Notes under the pieces: generated by a model | The model's input: only the letters and a program-made list of their open reading frames with translations | Databases searched by the model: none | Told to the model about the DNA's origin: nothing | In this document: positions 18,426-27,914 of the stretch, in pieces | Numbering within the stretch: position 1 is the first letter of the stretch | Layout: each line of letters starts with the position of its first letter | Assembly (NCBI GenBank): GCA_016710135.1 | Contig: JADJLM010000004.1 | Coordinates: 1 to 32,000 of the forward strand | From: Nitrosomonas sp. | GTDB taxonomy: Bacteria > Pseudomonadota > Gammaproteobacteria > Burkholderiales > Nitrosomonadaceae | Direction: 5' to 3' | DNA length: 32,000 nt | Translations under genes and position numbers: made by a program

Positions 18426-19463
18426 ATGACCACTACGACGTCAATCGCTAAAACTGAGTCACTTACAGAACAGATTTTCAAAGCAGCTACGTTATTACAG
18501 GCTGGCAAAAATATTGTTTTTCCAACTGAAACTGTTTATGGCTTAGGCGCTGATATCACTCACTCTGCAGCAGTTAATCGAATTTTTCAAATCAAGGAGC
18601 GTCCCATTACCCACCCCTTGATCGTTCATTTTGCAGATTTGGAACAAATTAGCTATTGGGCAGAAAATATACCCAGTCAGGCTAAGAAATTAATGGAATA
18701 TTTCTGGCCGGGCCCTCTTACTATAATTCTTCCTAAAAGTCGGCATGTTCCTTATTATGTAACAGGCGGTCAAGATACTGTGGGGTTACGCATACCTGAT
18801 CACCCAGTTGCTATTACTTTAATGAAAATATTAGGGCTTCAGAAAGCAGTCGTAGCTCCTTCGGCAAATCGTTTTGGTCGCTTAAGCCCTACAGCAGCAA
18901 CTCATATCAGTGATGAGATCCGTAGTAACGTAGATATGATACTGGACGGGGGCTCTTGCAAGGTGGGATTGGAAAGTACAATTATAAGTTTTTGTGATCT
19001 ACAGCCCATTCTCCTTAGACCGGGAGGCATTCCTTTGAATTCAATAGAAGAAATTCTCAAACAAAATATTACTACTTCACTCAGTCATAACAACAATGTA
19101 CGTACCCCTGGAATGCTTGCATCTCATTATGCACCCAGAACTCCTCTTGAGGTTTGGCCTACTGAAACGCTCCAGCATCGAATTAACGAACTGTTAAATC
19201 AGAAATACCGCTTCGCTATCCTTTCTTTGTCTGATTCACTTCATTTACCATATCAAACTACCGAAAAACCGGTTAAACGCTTTGAATGCTATCGAATGCC
19301 TTCTGATCCAATTGATTATGCTCACTGTTTATACGCTAAACTTCATCAATTAGATAATAAACGCTATGATCGCTTATTAATCGAAATGCCTCCTGATCTA
19401 CCGAATTGGCTTGCCGTTCATGATCGATTGCAACGTGCAAGTTATCATTTCGTGATGCGCTAA
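18426..19463 (+). CDS. tsaC: L-threonylcarbamoyladenylate synthase (Sua5/YwlC type, with C-terminal Sua5 domain)
   Basis: Motifs FPTETVYGLGAD, HPL.VH and APSANRFGRLSPT are present. The 345-aa length implies the extra Sua5 C-terminal domain. Confidence 0.9.
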   Translation: MTTTTSIAKTESLTEQIFKAATLLQAGKNIVFPTETVYGLGADITHSAAVNRIFQIKERPITHPLIVHFADLEQISYWAENIPSQAKKLMEYFWPGPLTIILPKSRHVPYYVTGGQDTVGLRIPDHPVAITLMKILGLQKAVVAPSANRFGRLSPTAATHISDEIRSNVDMILDGGSCKVGLESTIISFCDLQPILLRPGGIPLNSIEEILKQNITTSLSHNNNVRTPGMLASHYAPRTPLEVWPTETLQHRINELLNQKYRFAILSLSDSLHLPYQTTEKPVKRFECYRMPSDPIDYAHCLYAKLHQLDNKRYDRLLIEMPPDLPNWLAVHDRLQRASYHFVMR

Positions 19464-19484
19464 ATAATGGAAAAGGAATAATTG

Positions 19485-20270
19485 ATGTCGCTATCTGCTG
19501 TTTTATTTGACGTTGACGGAACACTGGCTGATACTGAGCGCGATGGCCATCGCCTCGCTTTTAATTCAGCTTTTAAAGATTTTGGACTTAATTGGAACTG
19601 GGATATCGAGCTCTATGGTAAATTGCTCCAAATCACTGGTGGAAAAGAGAGGATTCGCTATTACATTAATCATTATTCTCCAGAAATATCAAAAAACACC
19701 AATTTAACTGATTGGATTTCAGAATTACATAAAACCAAAACTGTATATTTCTTAAAATTGCTATCAGAAGGAAAAATTCCTTTACGCCCAGGGGTTGCTA
19801 GATTAATTCACGAGTTGCGAAAAAATAATATTAGGATGGCCATCGTCACAACCACGACTCCAGAAAATGTATATGCGCTATTAGAATCAACTCTGGGCGA
19901 AAAATCACCAAATTGGTTCGATGTCATTGGCGCTGGTGACGTTGTTCCTTATAAGAAACCTGCTCCTGATATTTACTACTGGGTTCTTGATAAACTCCAA
20001 CTAACACCTGATAAATGTATCGCCATTGAAGATTCAGAAAATGGACTTAAAGCCTCACTTGCAGCGAATATCAACACTATCATTACAACGAGTGAATATA
20101 CACACTCACAAAACTTCAATGGTGCAGCAATGGTTCTAACGAATTTAGGAGAACCCGAAGAACCAGCAACTATCCTTACTAACTCATATACGCTTGAACC
20201 CAAAACCACGCTAATAAATGTTTCTTCTTTAGAACAATCATTATGCGTCAATATAAAGAGTAATTTTTAG
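19485..20270 (+). CDS. cbbY: HAD-superfamily phosphatase, CbbY-like
   Basis: FDVDGTLADTERDGHRLAFNSAF carries the HAD motif I (DxDGT). ..TTT.. and ..EDSENGL.. motifs are also present. It resembles CbbY proteins of autotrophs from memory. Confidence 0.75.
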   Translation: MSLSAVLFDVDGTLADTERDGHRLAFNSAFKDFGLNWNWDIELYGKLLQITGGKERIRYYINHYSPEISKNTNLTDWISELHKTKTVYFLKLLSEGKIPLRPGVARLIHELRKNNIRMAIVTTTTPENVYALLESTLGEKSPNWFDVIGAGDVVPYKKPAPDIYYWVLDKLQLTPDKCIAIEDSENGLKASLAANINTIITTSEYTHSQNFNGAAMVLTNLGEPEEPATILTNSYTLEPKTTLINVSSLEQSLCVNIKSNF

Positions 20271-20341
20271 AATCCGTGGCTTTTTTCTTTTACTTTCTTA
20301 GCTTAGCAAGAACGATTTAGATAATTGTTTTCTTATAGCAA

Positions 20342-21175
20342 ATGACCAGTTTACAAAAATCAATTCACAATAATAAGCACTACTTGAATAATCAGTGCCC
20401 TGATTGTGGAAGCACTCGCATTCATCGGTCTAGATTAAGACCCGGCGAGCGTTCTCCATCTAATTGGAATCTTATGCCGATGAGATGTCGTGATTGTAAA
20501 GCTCGTTTCTGGGTTAAAAATCGTGATGCTTATATTGTTGCAGCCGTTGTTTCAATCTGCACCCTGCTTTTAATCGTATTTGTTGGAATTATTCTTTCAC
20601 TTGATGAGATATCGATAAGTGGAAAACAATTTGATAAGCAGCTAGGTTCAAATCAAGCCACTATAAATCAGTTATCTAACGATTCTCTCTTAAACAACAA
20701 TCCTACCAAAGCAGCAATCGAAGCATTAAGTGCTCAGCAGGATAATACGATTAAACAATCGGTACCCGCCACAACGCAACAAAACGCTGATAATGGCCAT
20801 CATTTCATGATTAATCTTTTTCTGAATAGAGCTAATGAAGGCAATGCAGAAGCTCAACATCAACTTGGTCAGCTATACTTGACAGGAAATGGCGCATTGC
20901 AAGATTTTGAAGAAGCCGTGAAATGGTTCACTTTAGCTGCAAATCAGAACTATGCACCTGCTCAATATGAATTAGGGTTACTTTACCATATCGGACAAGG
21001 TGTCAATATCGATAATGAAAAAAGCTATATGTGGCTTAATTTGTCAACGGCTGGAGGATTTGAGCAAGCCATCCTCGCACGCGATAAAGTGGCCCGTTCA
21101 TTGAGTCCATCACAACTCGTTCAAGCACAGAGAGCTGCTAAAGAATGGTTACGCACAATAAATAACCAAAAATGA
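20342..21175 (+). CDS. Sel1-repeat (TPR-like) protein with N-terminal CxxC..CxxC zinc-ribbon and one TM segment
   Basis: CPDCGS..CRDCKARF is followed by TM AYIVAAVVSICTLLLIVFVGIILSL. Sel1 repeats follow (AEAQHQLGQLYLTGNG..AVKWFTLAANQNYAPAQYELGLLYHIGQGV..). Confidence 0.8.
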   Translation: MTSLQKSIHNNKHYLNNQCPDCGSTRIHRSRLRPGERSPSNWNLMPMRCRDCKARFWVKNRDAYIVAAVVSICTLLLIVFVGIILSLDEISISGKQFDKQLGSNQATINQLSNDSLLNNNPTKAAIEALSAQQDNTIKQSVPATTQQNADNGHHFMINLFLNRANEGNAEAQHQLGQLYLTGNGALQDFEEAVKWFTLAANQNYAPAQYELGLLYHIGQGVNIDNEKSYMWLNLSTAGGFEQAILARDKVARSLSPSQLVQAQRAAKEWLRTINNQK

Positions 21176-21194
21176 TATTGATTTCCTAATAAAG

Positions 21195-21225
21195 TACCCC
21201 GCTGTTGCAACTTGCGGGGCATTGA
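21195..21225. terminator. Hairpin between convergent genes (Sel1 protein / pntB); likely bidirectional terminator
   Basis: ccccgc (21197-21202), 11-nt loop, gcgggg (21214-21219). The flanks are A/T-rich on both sides. Confidence 0.55.
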
Positions 21226-21236
21226 ATTCACAAAGA

Positions 21237-22616
21237 CTAAATTGACTTAACCATATCTTCAACGACTTTCTTCGCATCGCCAAATACCATCATTGTTTTC
21301 TCCATATAAAACAAATCGTTATCTAGACCTGCATAGCCAGTCGCCATACTACGTTTTACTACAATGACCGTACGCGCCTTATGCGCTTCCAGAATAGGCA
21401 TCCCATAGATCGGGCTTCCCGGCACATTCGCTGCAGGATTAACTACATCATTTGCGCCTAACACTAGGACAACATCTGTATTTGAGAAATCACTATTGAT
21501 CTCTTCCATTTCCTGAACTTGTTCATAAGGAATTTCAGCTTCAGCTAATAGTACGTTCATATGACCAGGCATCCTACCTGCCACGGGATGAATAGCAAAG
21601 CGCGCATTCACTCCTTTTTTATGAAGTGCTTCAGCCAATTCCTTAACAGAATGTTGTGCACGCGCCACAGCTAGGCCATATCCTGGAATTATAATCACGC
21701 TATCGGCATTGCTCATCAGAAAAGCTGCATCCTCAGCGCTACCACTGCGATAGGTTTTTTGAGTACCATCACTTGCAACTTGATTAGCACCATCTCCACC
21801 AAAACCACCCAGTATGACGGAGAGGAAAGGTCGATTCATAGCCTTACACATGATGTAAGAGAGAATAGCGCCCGAGCTACCAACCAGCGACCCTGCAATG
21901 ATCAGCATCGGATTACCTAACGAAAACCCGATTCCAGCTGCTGCCCAACCCGAATATGAATTCAACATCGAAATCACAACAGGCATATCAGCACCCCCGA
22001 TTGGGATAATGATAAGGAATCCAAGCACGAAGGCGATTGCAGTCATTGCAATGAATGCTGTCCAGTTGGTTGTCTCACTAAAAAAGAACCATAACCCAAA
22101 GCCAATCATCGCGATAGCTATCAGCAAATTAATCGCATGTTGCCCTGAAAAAATTACGGGCGCTCCACCCATTCTTCCGGATAATTTCAGAAACGCAATA
22201 ACAGAACCTGACCAAGTCATTGCGCCAATAAAAGTGCCGAGAAACAGCTCTAATTTACTACCCATAGGCAGTATCTCGGGCAAACCGAAAGAGACTGGAT
22301 TATTAACGGCAGCAATCGCGATAAACACCGCCGCCAAACCAACCAATGAATGCATGAATGCCACTAGCTCTGGCATTGCAGTCATCTGAACACGATTCGC
22401 GACAATCGATCCAATAATACCGCCAATTGCAATACAACCCAGAATCAACATCCAGTTCTGGGTAATCGTCAAAGTTGTTGTGACAGCGATTGCCATCCCA
22501 ACCATCCCAAACAAGTTACCTCGTCGAGATGATAAAGGTGAACTTAACCCCTTTAAGGCTAAAATAAAAAAAACTGCAGCAACGAGATAAGCTAGAGCAA
22601 TAAAATTAGCTGACAT
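21237..22616 (-). CDS. pntB: NAD(P) transhydrogenase subunit beta
   Basis: The N-terminus is polytopic. The dIII domain carries ..IIPGYGLAVARAQH.. and ..HPVAGRMPGHMNVLLAEA... The start abuts the pntAB stop. Confidence 0.96.
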   Translation of the reverse strand: MSANFIALAYLVAAVFFILALKGLSSPLSSRRGNLFGMVGMAIAVTTTLTITQNWMLILGCIAIGGIIGSIVANRVQMTAMPELVAFMHSLVGLAAVFIAIAAVNNPVSFGLPEILPMGSKLELFLGTFIGAMTWSGSVIAFLKLSGRMGGAPVIFSGQHAINLLIAIAMIGFGLWFFFSETTNWTAFIAMTAIAFVLGFLIIIPIGGADMPVVISMLNSYSGWAAAGIGFSLGNPMLIIAGSLVGSSGAILSYIMCKAMNRPFLSVILGGFGGDGANQVASDGTQKTYRSGSAEDAAFLMSNADSVIIIPGYGLAVARAQHSVKELAEALHKKGVNARFAIHPVAGRMPGHMNVLLAEAEIPYEQVQEMEEINSDFSNTDVVLVLGANDVVNPAANVPGSPIYGMPILEAHKARTVIVVKRSMATGYAGLDNDLFYMEKTMMVFGDAKKVVEDMVKSI

Positions 22617-22925
22617 TTATACGTTCCCTTTCTTATCTTTTTTTCTAAACATTTCCAACATACGTTGCGTAACGAGGAAACCACCAAATACGTTAATTGA
22701 AGCAAGTACCACAGCAATTGCTCCCAACCAAACTCCCCAATCAGTCTCTAGCGGTCCTGCAGCAAGCATTGCGCCAACTAAAATAATGCTCGAGATTGCA
22801 TTCGTTACTGACATTAAAGGCGTGTGCAAGGCGGGTGTCACATTCCATACGACATGGTAGCCAACGAAAACAGCCAGCACGAATACCGTAAGATGAATTA
22901 TCGTTGGGTCAATATCACCAATCAT
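22617..22925 (-). CDS. pntAB: NAD(P) transhydrogenase subunit alpha part 2 (membrane dII fragment)
   Basis: A 102-aa three-TM protein lies between pntAA and pntB, which is the typical split-alpha arrangement. Confidence 0.9.
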   Translation of the reverse strand: MIGDIDPTIIHLTVFVLAVFVGYHVVWNVTPALHTPLMSVTNAISSIILVGAMLAAGPLETDWGVWLGAIAVVLASINVFGGFLVTQRMLEMFRKKDKKGNV

Positions 22926-22971
22926 GTTTATTCCTCATAAGATTTATCACTTAAAATAACTTGTTCAAGTA

Positions 22972-24099
22972 TCACGCTTTTTTAGTTAATTCGCCGCCGG
23001 AGCAAACCATAGTTCCTGCAATAATTTCATCTTCCAGATTAATATTGAGTTCACCAGTTTTTGCGTCCAACATCAAATTTAAGAAATTCATCAGGTTGCG
23101 TGCATATAAAGCACTTGCATCCGCAGCAACTAAACCTGGTAAATTTGCGACTCCTATTAAATGGACGCCATACTTGGTAACTGTCTTATTTAATTCAGAT
23201 ATAGGGCAATTACCTCCCGCCTCAACTGCCATATCGACGATCACAGAACCCGGTTTCATTGCTTTTACCGTTTCTTCCTTAATCAAAACAGGTGCTGGCC
23301 GCCCCGGAATTAAAGCAGTCGTAATAATGATATCTGCTGCAGCTGCCCGTTCATGAATTAACTCCCCTTGTCGACGCTTATAATCGTCTGACATTTCGGT
23401 TGCGTAGCCCCCAGCTGTTTCTGCTTTTGCTTTTTCTTCATCTGTCAGTGGAACTTCAACAAATTTTGCACCTAGGCTCTCAACTTGTTCTTTAACGGCT
23501 GGGCGCACATCAAATGCTTCAATAACCGCTCCCAAACGCTTTGCTGTCGCAATTGCCTGCAGTCCTGCAACACCCGCTCCTAAAATAAGCACTCTTGCCG
23601 CTTTGACTGTTCCCGCTGCTGTCATGAGCATGGGAAAAAACTTTTGATAAGTATTAGCAGCAATGATTACCGCCTTGTAACCGCCAATATTTGCTTGCGA
23701 TGAAAGCACATCCATACTTTGAGCTCGCGAAATTCGTGGTAACTTTTCCATCGCAAACGCAGTCACACCCTGCTTTGCCAAAGCGCTAATTTCATCAACG
23801 TGATGGGGCGACAATAGCCCAATTAGTACCAAATCTTTGCGCAACATAGGCAATTCATCAGCGACCGGCCCTCGAACCTTCAGAATAATCTGAGCCTGAC
23901 TATACAGCTGAGTGACATCACTGACAATCACTGCGCCCGCCTCTTGGTAAGCATTATCTGGAATACTTGCGCCCGCGCCTGCACCAGTTTGGACCAATAC
24001 GGTATGCAAACCTTTAGCAGTATATTTCTTTACTGTTTCTGGTGTAGCCGCGACCCGCGTTTCTCCCGCAAAAGTTTCTGCAGGTATGCCTATGTGCAT
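22972..24099 (-). CDS. pntAA: NAD(P) transhydrogenase subunit alpha part 1 (dI, NAD(H)-binding)
   Basis: MHIGIPAETFAGETRVAATPE.. is present, with the Rossmann motif LGAGVAGLQAIATAKRLGA. This is the alanine dehydrogenase/PNT fold. Confidence 0.95.
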   Translation of the reverse strand: MHIGIPAETFAGETRVAATPETVKKYTAKGLHTVLVQTGAGAGASIPDNAYQEAGAVIVSDVTQLYSQAQIILKVRGPVADELPMLRKDLVLIGLLSPHHVDEISALAKQGVTAFAMEKLPRISRAQSMDVLSSQANIGGYKAVIIAANTYQKFFPMLMTAAGTVKAARVLILGAGVAGLQAIATAKRLGAVIEAFDVRPAVKEQVESLGAKFVEVPLTDEEKAKAETAGGYATEMSDDYKRRQGELIHERAAAADIIITTALIPGRPAPVLIKEETVKAMKPGSVIVDMAVEAGGNCPISELNKTVTKYGVHLIGVANLPGLVAADASALYARNLMNFLNLMLDAKTGELNINLEDEIIAGTMVCSGGELTKKA

Positions 24100-24165
24100 T
24101 GCTTATCTCCCTTATTTTCTTTCAAACCAAATAATTAAAAACACTTCCAATCGCCTTGAAGAGTT

Positions 24166-24196
24166 ATTATAAATCAATCCAAGTATCGGTATTCAA
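24166..24196 (-). promoter_or_regulatory. Candidate promoter upstream of pntAA
   Basis: Minus strand TTGAAT (24191-24196), 19 nt, TATAAT (24166-24171). The spacer is longer than optimal. Confidence 0.25.
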
Positions 24197-24235
24197 TTGT
24201 ATTTTCACCGTTTACTATATCTCAGTTTTCTATCT

Positions 24236-27200
24236 TCAATTTAAATGCTTAAGGCAATGACTAATCCAATGTCTTGTCAACTTTTCCTGCGCACTATTCT
24301 GCTTCAATCGTGAAGCTAATCCCCCAAAATCAACTGAATCAAGTTCTTGGTCTTGATTAAAGCAAGAAAAAACGTAAGTTACCTCACCGGTTATAGGATC
24401 TTTATGCGGTTGCAAACATTGAGCACAGATTTCTTTCATCATACATTGCATTGGTGAATTAATAGAACCAATTGCAAAATGATTAGCTTTTAAATAAGGC
24501 TTTAACTGTTGATGGCGAGCAATACCGACCGCGGCCATCATTCGATCCGACCCAATTGCAATAATTCGGTCTGCATCTTTCAACGATATAGGTTGTGAAC
24601 CTAAGGCTCCACTACCATAGGCAACCATGGCCTGTACAATATTACCAACAAAGCTAAAGTCCCCTTGCCGAGAAGGTTCGAATCCAGGCTCTTCATCACA
24701 GCACCATACAATGGTATCTGCTGCTGCTTCTATTTCAGCTACTTTGTATCGATCGATCTGCTTTTTATATCCCGCAAAATATAAGACCCTGCAACCTGCA
24801 GCACGCGCCGCCGCCCCGATCGAGAATAAAACTGCATTCCCTAATCCTCCTCCGACTAATAAGACAGTTTCGTTTTCAAATATTTCAGTGGGCGTTCCAG
24901 TAGGTCCCATCAAAATAACTGGATCACCGGGATTTAATAACGTACATAAGTCAGCAGACCCACCCATCTCCAAGGTAATCAATGATACAAGCCCTTTTGA
25001 ATTATCGACGGAGGCTCCTGTCAGCGCGATACCTTCCATCGCCAATCGTGTATTTACCACTATCTTTGAAAGGGATGCGAAATTCTGGAATCGATAAAAC
25101 TGACCCGGATGAAAATGTTTTGCCGCTAATGGCGCATGAACGACTACTTCGACGATATTAGGTGTCAATCGTTCTACCTTATGCACCGTTGCCCTGAGCT
25201 GACGATTCAAATTATCGATAAATTCATGATCAGCTTGTTTAATAGCAGGCCCAACTTGGTTTAAAACGCTACTCACAGCCGGGTAACCTTGCTTAGCACT
25301 CGCCATTGCTTTTACAACATTCCCAGAATACGATGGATGAAGATCACCAAAGAAACTAATAAAACGCCCGTCCGAGCAGCGACTCAACAGCACAGCTGGA
25401 GTTTCTGGTTTAGGATTACCCTTGATGATACTAACCGGATTACCTTTTTCATCGCACGCAGCGAAATAACACCCGTCGAGCTTAAAGTACTTCTCATCTT
25501 CTCGAGCTAGCACGGTATTAGGTTGGGTTCCTGCTGCAACAAGAATAGCACGAGCAGGCAACTCAACTTCCTTAGATTGATGCCATTTGCCATTTTCATC
25601 CATGGACTGAACAGAAAAACGAATTGACCGCGCATGCTCCCAGTGGTCTAACTCGATTCGTAATGGTGTCAGGCCTTCCGCAAACCAGATTCCTTCCTCC
25701 AACGCCTTCTCAACTTCTTCATGGTTCAAGGTATAAGATGGACTATCAACGAGTCTTTTACGATAAGCAAGTGTTGCGCCACCCCAGGCTTGTAATAATT
25801 TAATAATATTAGGATCGCGCCCCTCTTTTTGCGCTTCAAGTCGCTCTGCTCGAATCGCGCGTGCATGCATCAAAAACTCCGTTGCAATTTCTCGCTCTTC
25901 CGCATCCCAACTGTGCTGGATAAAATCTTCCCCTTTTTCTGCTGCAAGAATTTCATAGCGCTGCAAGAATTTTTCTACTTGAATAGGATAATACGCAAGC
26001 GACTCCGTCGCAGTATCAATGGCAGTTAATCCCCCACCAATCACCACGACGGGTAAACGTAGCTGCATGTTAGCAATCGAATCCGTTTGCGCCGCTCCTG
26101 TTAACTGTAATGCCATCAAAAAGTCCGATGCGGCTCTCACTCCTCGAGCCAGCCCGTTTGGTAAGTCCAGCACTGTTGGACGACCTGCACCTGCAGCTAG
26201 TGCAATATGATCAAAACCCAGATCCAGCGCGTCATCTGCTGTAAGTGTCCCTCCAAAACGCACTCCACCAATAAGCGCGAACTCATTACGACGCTCTAAT
26301 AACAATCGAATAAATTGCAAGAAATTTTTGTCCCAGCGAACGGTAATACCATACTCGGCAACACCGCCAAAACCTCCAGGCATTCGCTCATTGAGATCAA
26401 CTCGTAACAAATCACTATCGTAAATCGCAGTAAACGGAACACGTGCGCCATTGAGATCAATGCCATTCATTTCTTTAGGTAGTGGTTCAATCTTTAACCC
26501 ATCGATTCCCACTACCGTATGACCATCATTCATCAAATGGTGAGCAAGCGTATAGCCGGCGGGTCCCATACCAACGACTAGCACCTTCTTTCCCGTTGCT
26601 GGTCTAGGCAAAGGTCTTCGCAAGTCAAGTGGATTCCAGCGCGTTAACAAACTATAAATCTCAACCCCCAAGGTAACTCCAATACATCTTTGAGTGTTCG
26701 TGTTTCTGCCTGAGGAATATTGACTGGTTCCTGCTTTTGATAAATACACGATTTCATACAATCGTTACAAATCCGATGTCCGGTTCCCGCGCACATCGGA
26801 TTATCGAGCACGATCATCGCCAAACTACCAATTGCATAGCCTTGTGTTTTAAGCTTATGAAACTCTGAAATTCTTTCTTCCAGAGGGCAACCCGCTAATA
26901 AAACTCCTAATTCACTTTTTTTAAATGAAGGTAATTCTTCTGAGTTTTTAGATTTTTGAACAAAACCTTTAGAACATGAGTCCTTACCTTGTTCATGACA
27001 CCAGATACAATAATTCGCTTCATCTAGCGCACCAACTAGATCAGTCCCTGTATCTGTCAGTGAAAACCCTTCTCTATGACGTAAATGATCCAGACGATGG
27101 AGCGGAAAACCCTTTTGGATGTCCGTCGAAAGTGACAGTAAATGTAAATAATCTAATTTTGCTGGTGATTTAAATAAAATACCTGCTTTTGTATGTTCCT

Positions 27201-27771
27201 GGCCCTCAGGAGTTCTTAAAGCCCATGCTGCATAATGAAGTGTTTTCTCTAGCCACGCTGCGTTATTTGCCTCGTCCTCCAACCAGCCAGCCACATGCGT
27301 TGCAAATACCAACTCTGCGAAGGGTTCACCAAATTCAACTTCCAGCGCTTTCTCAAGAACTTCTCCATCAATAGTCGGTAAAATCTCATCACTCACCTTA
27401 GTTTTAGCTCGGCGCTGCACAAACTGCCTTTTACAAAAATACAAGGGAGCTAGCTCGTGATGTCTTGCTGCTAAAGCACAAACCTCTTTTTCTATTCCAA
27501 ATAGCTGGCCAATAAAATCCTCAGTCCAGGGAGCAAGATCGATTAGCAATAATGATTCATCTTTGGGCGCTATTTCATCTGGACTTAAACGTGCTTGGTC
27601 CAAACGATTTTTAAGCGCTGGATCAGCACTCCCAAGAAACTCTAGAAACGCCTGATCTAATTTCAACAAACCATCGCGACGATATAGTTCTAAGAAACTC
27701 ACTCCGAATTTAAGCTCAGGCGTCATAATTGTCGATGAAAGTTGAGTAAATGTTGAGTGTAAATAGGTCAT
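24236..27771 (-). CDS. Large multidomain oxidoreductase (Cys-rich Fe-S N-terminal region, GltD-like FAD/NAD(P) domain, PyrK/FNR-like domain with 2Fe-2S motif), frameshifted as written at 26665-26669
   Basis: ORF 26644-27771 ends ..KDVLELPWG. ORF 24236-26761 continues VEIYSLLTRWNPL..VLVVGMGPAGYTLAHHL..VVVIGGGLTAIDTA..GQFYRFQNF..LLVGGGLGNAVLF..CMMKEICAQCL... One extra G in the G5 run joins them into about 1178 aa. Confidence 0.75.
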
Positions 27772-27914
27772 TTTAGTTAATTTTTATTGTAAAAATCCTA
27801 CTTAAGTTTTGCTTTGGTTAAATTCAGAAAAACTTTTCAGAAAATCTAAGCAAACTGCCAGTACCTCTAGCAAGCTTGGATCAAAGCAAGGAAATTACAA
27901 GGTAGGATTGGACT

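Noticed and set aside
21898-22389. 163-aa plus-strand ORF
   Set aside because: It lies entirely antisense within the well-supported pntB. It is a shadow ORF of the membrane-domain codons.
22961-23356. 131-aa plus-strand ORF
   Set aside because: It is antisense to pntAA. It has no RBS and no recognisable motifs.
24627-25097. 156-aa plus-strand ORF (also 25289-25510, 25829-26029, 26019-26210)
   Set aside because: All are antisense to the large oxidoreductase gene, whose frame carries clear dinucleotide-binding and Fe-S motifs.
26660-26675. Programmed -1 ribosomal frameshift at the G5 run in the oxidoreductase
   Set aside because: There is no canonical X XXY YYZ heptamer in the zero frame and no obvious downstream stimulatory structure. 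The same one-base-missing lesion recurs in unrelated genes (cysD twice, cysN, amoD, the intron RT), so a generic indel is the simpler explanation.
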